Assembly (NCBI GenBank): GCA_964019425.1
Contig: OZ025782.1
Coordinates: 310,001-374,000, forward strand
DNA length: 64,000 bases
Origin: Flectonema sp. DT1601
Lineage: Eukaryota
Reading direction: 5' to 3'
A program made the position numbers and the translations under genes. This document shows positions 57,253-64,000 of the stretch, one piece after another. The notes under the pieces were generated by a model. The model had not been told where the DNA came from. It worked only from the letters and a program-made list of their open reading frames with translations, and searched no databases. The number at the start of each line of letters is the position of its first letter. Positions within the stretch are counted from its first letter, which is position 1.

Positions 57253-57448
57253 CATCATTAATTTTAGAACAGAAAAGTGAGAATAAGAAAGGTAGAGATT
57301 AATAAAAAAGAAAGGTATTCATTTCTGCAGTTTCCTAACATCAAAAGGGTAATAGAATAATATTATGTAGTTTCAGGAGCCTTAATCTTATACTACTTGT
57401 CCCTTTTTAGGCCTTCATCAGTAAGTTCTAAGGGACTTCATTCCAGAA
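57253..57448 (-). mobile_element. Family D short element, copy D3 (196 bp)
   Basis: 14-bp direct repeat cttctttcagttac (57239-57252) and cttcgttcagttac (57449-57462). Confidence 0.8.
57367..57436 (-). ncRNA. Putative permuted hammerhead ribozyme (D3)
   Basis: As D2, with a 2-nt bulge in stem II (AGGCCU / AGGCUCCU). Predicted cut between 57391 and 57390. Confidence 0.7.
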
Positions 57449-58746
57449 CTTCGTTCAGTTACATATTTTGTTATTGCTAGAGAGAATAAACTAGATTAGT
57501 GAGAATACATCCACAGATATCATTTAATGCACACGTATTCTCAAGTATGTTTGAATCCACGAGATCAACTTCTGACTGCGGTGTCAGGCCTGTCCTACTC
57601 ATCGCTTCTTCTTTCAGTTACTTATATTTTGTTATTGCTAGAGAGAATAAACTAGATTAGTGAGAATACATCCACGGATATCATTTAATGCACACTTAGA
57701 TTGCTAATTTCAAATTGGGAAAGCTGCTTCGAGAAAAACGATGAGAAAATACACCGCTTTTTTTTTTTTGTTAGTTAAGTTAAGTTTACTTTGAAAAATT
57801 CTCTTGATGAGATGAAACGGAGATTATCATTTTTTTTTTTTTTTTTTTTTTTTTTTGAGTTTAAAAAAACTTTCTTAATAATTTCGAAATGCAAACAACA
57901 CAACAAAACAGATCATTTTTTCGATGGATAGCCAAAGAGGAAAGGAGAACTAAAGTCGTACACAATAAAAAAAAAAAAAAAAAAAACGCCACAGTATGTA
58001 GCCTTTTCCCCCCCTCCTACCTGCAAAAATTTTTTAGCATTTTTTTTTTGGGTTCGCAAAACACTCAACCCCTTTACCGTTGTCTAGTCAAGCAATTCTT
58101 GTAAACAGGAGATGGGATGTTGGTTTGTGTTTGAGGCTCAGACCCCCCGGTACTTTTTTTTTTTGAAAAGTTTTAAAAATAAAAAAAAAAAAAAAAATGA
58201 AACATAGACGACAACATATACCTGTAAACAAAGAATCTTCCAATAGTCATGAACTTCCTTTCGTCAAATCAAACATTTCCTTTTTTTTTTTTTTTTTTAC
58301 GACTCTCGTAAAACAAGATGATGCTACTTCTTTCAAAAGACGAAAACAGATTGAAGGGTTCAAACAGACTTTTGTTGGGTGACATCCGCATCCGTAGAGA
58401 GATTTCACCCGGTACAAAATATATAAAAAAAATGAAACAGAGATGACAATTTTTTTTTTTTTTCCCAACAATTTCAGATACAGCCCTCATATCTAAACGG
58501 CTCTTAATCTGAAAAAAAAGTGAAAAGATGAGCGAATAATAATAATTAAAAAAAACGGTGTATAAGAAAGTCCATCACACCTACATATCCTTGCGATCGG
58601 TATTTTGTGATACAACAAAAAAAAAAAAAAAAAATAATTGCAGTTTGATAAACATGCAGACTCTTTCTTTAGCTTTTTCGCAACTTAACCCAATTGAAGT
58701 TTGTAATCATCATCATGGTTTACGCTGGATGTACGATAAAGTTATC

Positions 58747-58777
<31 letters not shown>

Positions 58778-59014
58778 TCTCCGCAGTCGAAAAGTATTTT
58801 TCAAAAAAAAAGAAAACAAATACTACTTGTAGTTTGTACGCTCCCATCTCGTATGTTTTTTTTGAAAAAAAAAATGCAAGAAAAAAAAAAGGGAAAAAAA
58901 AAAACTGATATGTGGCCACCACACTTCCGATCGAACAAACATAGATACCAATGACTAGAAAACAGTGTAACTAATCGACCCTCAATGGAATGAACATTTC
59001 AGAGGTTTACAGCT

Positions 59015-60421
59015 CTATTCTTCTTCACTACAAGTGTCTTGATTAGATTCTAACAGCTCCTTTAAATTAAATAAAAGTTGCTTCGGATCAAGTTGAGTCA
59101 GTCCACGAACCTGAAGCAGTTGCCTAACATTTTTATTTAACAGTAAAATTGATTGAAAATATTTATGTTTATCGGTACCTCTGGTGCAAAATAAAGGATA
59201 CAAATCTGGCTTACTATCAATGCGTTGTTCATGTACATAGGATCTACTGGATATTGGATAGACGTTATGTCTGAGTGGGATGCCCCATATTCTTGACAAC
59301 AGTAACAAACAGTGAGTTACATAACCTAGAGAAGTCGCTGCTTCATCATACGTAGCTTGGCTGTTACTATTGCTTTCCTTACTGTTTAGATGCATGTTGC
59401 TTACTGTTAGTACGAGACTTTGTCTGTTTACTTGAATAGGAAATACCTCTCTTAGATTTTGGACTAAGAGGTTTTTTCTATCTCTAATTTGAAGATGAGT
59501 TCTTTCTTTTTTTTGTTTAAGCTGAACTATTTCATTTGTTAAATCAAGTTGACGCTCAACTCTTGTTTCATAGGATGCCCTCGCTCGGGATAAAGTCTCT
59601 CTCAGTTGATTATTACTCTCAGTCGAAACAACTAACTGTTTTTGTAATTTTCGAAGTCTTTCTTCCGCTTCAGCTTTACGAGTAGTAAGAGCTGAAACAT
59701 GATCTTCACGAAATTCTATTTCAAGCATCATTTTACGACGAGTGCTGTGGGCGTCTAATTCAGTTTTTATTTTGTCTTTGTATTCCATAAGGGTTGCTTT
59801 ACTAGCGTCTATTGCTTTTGCTAATGACGTCAATCTCATGATTGAATATTTTATGTCACAAAATGATTGTGAAGCGGTTACCTCCGGAGGTTCAAATGTG
59901 CAACTGCAAACATCGAAATGAGCGGCTACCTGTTCTGGAGTTTCCGATCCTTCAGTTGCAAGAGAGTCGTTCGATTCTTCGGCAGCGAAAACTCCGTCTT
60001 CGAATTCGAAGAGCAACTGAGCTGATCCAATAAAACCCAACTTACTAACATTCGATGCCAAAAGCTTCATGTTTCCCAGATGAATTGATTGGCTCATTAG
60101 TTCTTCTTCATCACTGCTGAATATCTTTATCGTATATTTCTGACTCTTGAACGTACTCAACGCTTTATTATTACCCGGTAACGTTTGAGGTATGTCAGCC
60201 CACACTGGGTTGAGTGTCCCTTCACAACATTCACTTTTATAAAGTTGTTCTCCGGTATCAGTTTCTAGAGTGTAGTAGCTGTCGATTAGCTTACCGGTAT
60301 GGGCCATATGCCTGACGAGTACAGATCGAAGATGTCGCAATCTCCGACATGTTGCTGGTAGTGTTACATTCTTACTTATAATTGTCCAGCCATTCTCGAC
60401 ATTTGTGACCAGACCCGCCAT
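59015..60421 (-). CDS. UVRAG: UVRAG/Vps38-like PI3K complex II subunit
   Basis: C2-like N-terminus (YKSECCEGTLNPVW), long coiled coil, SLGYVTHCLLLLSRIWGIPLRH, YPLF, LLNKNVRQL. Confidence 0.8.
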   Translation of the reverse strand: MAGLVTNVENGWTIISKNVTLPATCRRLRHLRSVLVRHMAHTGKLIDSYYTLETDTGEQLYKSECCEGTLNPVWADIPQTLPGNNKALSTFKSQKYTIKIFSSDEEELMSQSIHLGNMKLLASNVSKLGFIGSAQLLFEFEDGVFAAEESNDSLATEGSETPEQVAAHFDVCSCTFEPPEVTASQSFCDIKYSIMRLTSLAKAIDASKATLMEYKDKIKTELDAHSTRRKMMLEIEFREDHVSALTTRKAEAEERLRKLQKQLVVSTESNNQLRETLSRARASYETRVERQLDLTNEIVQLKQKKERTHLQIRDRKNLLVQNLREVFPIQVNRQSLVLTVSNMHLNSKESNSNSQATYDEAATSLGYVTHCLLLLSRIWGIPLRHNVYPISSRSYVHEQRIDSKPDLYPLFCTRGTDKHKYFQSILLLNKNVRQLLQVRGLTQLDPKQLLFNLKELLESNQDTCSEEE

Positions 60422-61168
60422 TCTGTAGGGATTTTTGAAAAAAAAAAATTATTTTTTTTTGATTTTTTTTTTTGACACAAAAACACAATGAAAAAAAAAA
60501 AAAAAAAAATCGTAAAATACAACAATATCTAGGTTAGAAACGAGGGGTTGGGTCATCGGACAGGTTGCCCGGCACGCCCCCGGCTTGTCGAGCAAATCAA
60601 ATCACCAAATTCTATCGAGTTCGCAAAATAAATGGATATTATCCATACTCAAGAAAGAATCATTATTAATTGTTCGTCCCAAGTTCACCTTCTCAGTCAG
60701 ACAAACAAATTCCTGAACAAGGGTAAACCGGGAAAATCAACTTGAAAATACAACAAAAAAAAAAATTTTTCTTCCCACGTTCACATTTTTATGACTACCT
60801 GTACCAAAACAGGAAACATTCTTTTTTTTTTTTTTTGCAGGGGGAAAAAAAAAGAAAAGAAAAAATGTTTTGGCTCAAAATACACCAACATTGCCCAAAA
60901 AAAACAAAGAAGGCACCAAAACTCTAAAATTTCAAAAGGGGGGCAAAACCGTTTGATTTGGGTTTTATACGGATATAAATCTCTGTATATGTATTAAAAG
61001 CTAAATCACGACATTAAAAAAAATTCAAATAAAAAAAGGTGGAAAAAAAAAAATTGGCATTTAACTTTATAAACTAACTATACGGGAAAATCGTAATATA
61101 ACACGTGAAAACAGTGAACCGATTACCGTACAGATCATATAGCAAATGTATAAGAGATATTGATAGGC

Positions 61169-64000
61169 TTAACGAGTTCCATCACGAACAGGTCGGTATC
61201 TCGCAGACTGCAGGTGATCAACGTTTTCACTCAGCATTGAACGCATTGCCTGAGCATCAGCATGTCTATCCGCAGCACTACGAAGATCAGGAGGACGACT
61301 TCTCTGCTGACTACCCTGATGAGTTTGTAATTTTGTTGGGAAATACCGTTGAGGACTAACAGGTGCAGGTTTTTCTAAATGTAAAATATTCATAATGTTC
61401 GAAACACGTTCCTGCTTAGCCCTCTCAAGAGCAACCCCCACCCGATCAGTAACCAAACGAGGCGGAGAATAATCTCTTCTATTTAAGTATGGATCTACTG
61501 GTCCCTGATAACGGATAGCTGCAACCCTCGGAGAGACAGGTTGCGGAGGAGATTGATGTTGTTGTTGCATTCTTGAGTAGTTTATCCTCTCTTTCAAGTC
61601 CTCTCTGTATGCAGATTTTAAGTGATGAAAAGCTTTTTCGACGCCTTCCTGATGTCGAGCCCACTTTGTTAAAAGTTCGACCCTTTTATGTTTTTCTTCA
61701 GATTGGACTGAAAACAAAAGAGGATATGTTTCCAGTTTAGTTTTTAAATAATCATTCTCACGCTGTAATGACTCAAAAGATAATGTTGCTTTCGGAGAGA
61801 TATCATTCAGTTCCTCTTGTAGTTCAGAGTAATCGTGTTGAGCTGTTTGTAGTAAGGTTTTTAATTGTGTTATCTCTTCCTTTGATGCTTCAAGTTCAGA
61901 GTGTATTTCATCATTGTCCGTCAGCTGATTCCTCTCAAGTAGTTGTTTTAGTTCAGTAATCGTTTCTTTGTCATTGTCAGATTCACTGATAGCCTCCTGG
62001 CTTAATTTCAGTTTAGCCATCAGCTGTCTTGCTTGTGTAGTGGCTTTCTCTTCTCCTTCTCTGGAGTTATTCAGTTCCTGTTGTAGGTTTCTTATTGTCG
62101 CGTTTGCCGATTGCAAATCAGCTTTCAGATTGTTGTCAGATGATTCCCTCAGTATTCTGTTCTCCTTCTCTAACTCTTCCAGTCTCATAAGGAGTTCAGA
62201 AGTAACTTTAGTACTACCAGCTAACGAAGGTTGCTCTGCTGTATTCTTCCTCGAGAGTGCTATGGAGCCAGCTAACGAAGGTTGCTCGGGTGTGTTTCTT
62301 TGAGAAGTGGCCTTAGTACTGCCAGCTAATGAAGCTCGCTCTGCCGTATTCTTCCTCGAGAGTCCTGCTGTGGAACCAGCTAACGAAGGCTGTTCAGGTG
62401 TGTTTCTTTGAGAAGTGGCCTTAGTACTGCCAGCTAGCGAAGCTCGCTCTGCTGTATTCTTCCTCGAGAGTCCTGCTGTGGAACCAGCTAACGAAGGCTG
62501 TTCAGGTGTGTTTCTTTGAGAAGTGGCCTTAGTACTGCCAGCTAATGAAGCTCGCTCTGCCGTATTCTTCCTCGAGAGTCCTGCTGTGGAACCAGCTAAA
62601 GAAGGCTGTTCAGGTGTGTTTCTATGAGAAGTGGCCTTAGTACTGCCAGCTAAAGAAGGTTGCTCTGCCGTATTCTTCCTCGAGAGTCCTGCTGTGGAAC
62701 CAGCTAAAGAAGGCTGTTCAGGTGTGTTTCTTTGAGAAGTGGCCTTAGTACTGCCAGCTAGCGAAGCTCGCTCTGCTGTATTCTTCCTCGAGAGTCCTGC
62801 TGTGGAACCAGCTAACGAAGGCTGTTCAGGTGTGTTTCTTTGAGAAGTGGCCTTAGTACTGCCAGCTAATGAAGCTCGCTCTGCTGTATTCTTCCTCGAG
62901 AGTCCTGCTGTGGAACCAGCTAAAGAAGGCTGTTCAGGTGTGTTTCTTTGAGAAGTGGCCTTAGTACTGCCAGCTAATGAAGCTCGCTCTGCTGTATTCT
63001 TCCTCGAGAGTCCCGCTGTGGAGCCAGCTAAAGAAGGTTGCTCAGGTGTGTTTCTTTGAGAAGTAGTTCCAAGTGAAGGTTGCTCAGGAGTAGCAGTCTT
63101 ACCAACACTGCCAGACAGTAATAGAGATTGTGTTGTATCAATGTCTTCTACAGTTGGTGAATGTTTTGAATTTATAAAAGATGGAGGTGGTGGGTTCGGT
63201 CCACTCGAGGAATACTGCGAAAGCTGTTTTGCACCTCCCGTCAAAAACTGTTGCTCGGGTGTGTGTTGTGAATTACTCTGAGTTAAAAGTTTATCACTAA
63301 CGTGAACTGAAAACATCTCCTCTTCCTCTCGCTGTCTTTGAAGATCTCTTTCTTTAACCGACGCTGTTAGTTCTGGCACCTCAACAGGTTCAGCAGAGAT
63401 GGGAGGATTTGGAATCGGGTCAGCTGATTCTGGGCTGGCCTCTCTCAATATCGCGAGGCCATCCATTGGGAATGCCATTTCAGTGTGGTCGACAGCAGCA
63501 TTTAATATATTGAGACCAGCGCCTTCCTCCAGCGTCTGAATGACATCTGCGCCCTGCATTGAGAACAGCTGCTGCTCTTCCACCTGACGTGCGCTCTCTC
63601 GTTCTTTCATCGACGCCGTTAGTTCTGGCACCTCAACGGGTTCAGCAGAGATGGGAGGATTTGGAATCGGGTCAGCTGATTCTGGACTGGCCTCTCTCAA
63701 TATCGCGAGGCCATCCATTGGGAATGCCATCTCCGTGTGGTCGACAGCAGCATTTAATATATTGAGACCAGCGCCTTCCTCCAGCGTCTGAATGACATCT
63801 GCACCGTGCATTGAGAACATCTGCTGCTCTTCTTCTTGACGCGTGCTCTCTCGTTCTTTAACCGACGCCGTTAGTTCTGGCACCTCAACAGGTTCAGCAG
63901 AGATGGGAGGATTTGGAATCGGGTCAGCTGATTCTGGGCTGGCCTCTCTCAATATCGCGAGGCCATCCATTGGGAATGCCATCTCCGTGTGTTCGACAGC
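61169..64000 (-). CDS. Large repeat and coiled-coil protein, 5' end outside the window
   Basis: The frame stays open to the window edge (AVEHTE-M). 84-aa repeats, 36-aa repeats, then coiled coil. Confidence 0.85.
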   Translation of the reverse strand, partial: AVEHTEMAFPMDGLAILREASPESADPIPNPPISAEPVEVPELTASVKERESTRQEEEQQMFSMHGADVIQTLEEGAGLNILNAAVDHTEMAFPMDGLAILREASPESADPIPNPPISAEPVEVPELTASMKERESARQVEEQQLFSMQGADVIQTLEEGAGLNILNAAVDHTEMAFPMDGLAILREASPESADPIPNPPISAEPVEVPELTASVKERDLQRQREEEEMFSVHVSDKLLTQSNSQHTPEQQFLTGGAKQLSQYSSSGPNPPPPSFINSKHSPTVEDIDTTQSLLLSGSVGKTATPEQPSLGTTSQRNTPEQPSLAGSTAGLSRKNTAERASLAGSTKATSQRNTPEQPSLAGSTAGLSRKNTAERASLAGSTKATSQRNTPEQPSLAGSTAGLSRKNTAERASLAGSTKATSQRNTPEQPSLAGSTAGLSRKNTAEQPSLAGSTKATSHRNTPEQPSLAGSTAGLSRKNTAERASLAGSTKATSQRNTPEQPSLAGSTAGLSRKNTAERASLAGSTKATSQRNTPEQPSLAGSTAGLSRKNTAERASLAGSTKATSQRNTPEQPSLAGSIALSRKNTAEQPSLAGSTKVTSELLMRLEELEKENRILRESSDNNLKADLQSANATIRNLQQELNNSREGEEKATTQARQLMAKLKLSQEAISESDNDKETITELKQLLERNQLTDNDEIHSELEASKEEITQLKTLLQTAQHDYSELQEELNDISPKATLSFESLQRENDYLKTKLETYPLLFSVQSEEKHKRVELLTKWARHQEGVEKAFHHLKSAYREDLKERINYSRMQQQHQSPPQPVSPRVAAIRYQGPVDPYLNRRDYSPPRLVTDRVGVALERAKQERVSNIMNILHLEKPAPVSPQRYFPTKLQTHQGSQQRSRPPDLRSAADRHADAQAMRSMLSENVDHLQSARYRPVRDGTR
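62205..63095 (-). repeat. Coding tandem repeat, 108-bp (36-aa) period, about 8 units
   Basis: gaagtggccttag at 62304, 62412, 62520, 62628, 62736, 62844 and 62952. Confidence 0.95.
63305..64000 (-). repeat. Coding tandem repeat, 252-bp (84-aa) period, continuing off the window
   Basis: ggccatccattgggaatgccat at 63457, 63709 and 63961. Confidence 0.95.

Noticed and set aside
60541..60595. GC-rich patch upstream of UVRAG as a possible HDV-like ribozyme or tRNA
   Set aside because: Neither fold could be built on either strand.
6300..61100. Many short poly-K/poly-F ORFs, and plus-strand ORFs antisense to genes, in the ORF track
   Set aside because: Translations of A/T homopolymers or shadows of real minus-strand CDSs; no domains.
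62205..63095. Regular repeats as a CRISPR array
   Set aside because: In-frame coding repeats without unique spacers; eukaryotic context and no cas genes.

Overview
AT-rich eukaryotic genomic DNA, not prokaryotic. About 21 protein-coding genes lie on the minus strand, nearly all intronless, many with an ACAG and/or an A-tract just before the ATG. This suggests a directional, probably trans-spliced gene cluster as in Euglenozoa; a diplonemid-like host is my inference only. Recognisable genes: USP32-like deubiquitinase, Mpv17/PMP22, amidase, bL20-like (with one predicted intron), RNB exoribonuclease, BUD22-like, TPR+J co-chaperone, LRR protein, HisA/HIS6, a degenerate receptor cyclase, a PH protein, UVRAG/Vps38 and a 5'-truncated repeat protein. 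The long intergenic tracts are mosaics of short dispersed repeats. Main finding: two dissimilar repeat families (D at 24198, 54935 and 57253; E at about 42240 and 39580) contain hammerhead-ribozyme core elements on the minus strand in an order that is not a circular permutation of types I-III. The cleavage-site strand lies between the two halves of stem II, and an extra helix (P0) is present. Family D is a ~190-bp element flanked by 13-17 bp target-site duplications. All structures were derived by eye and are untested.
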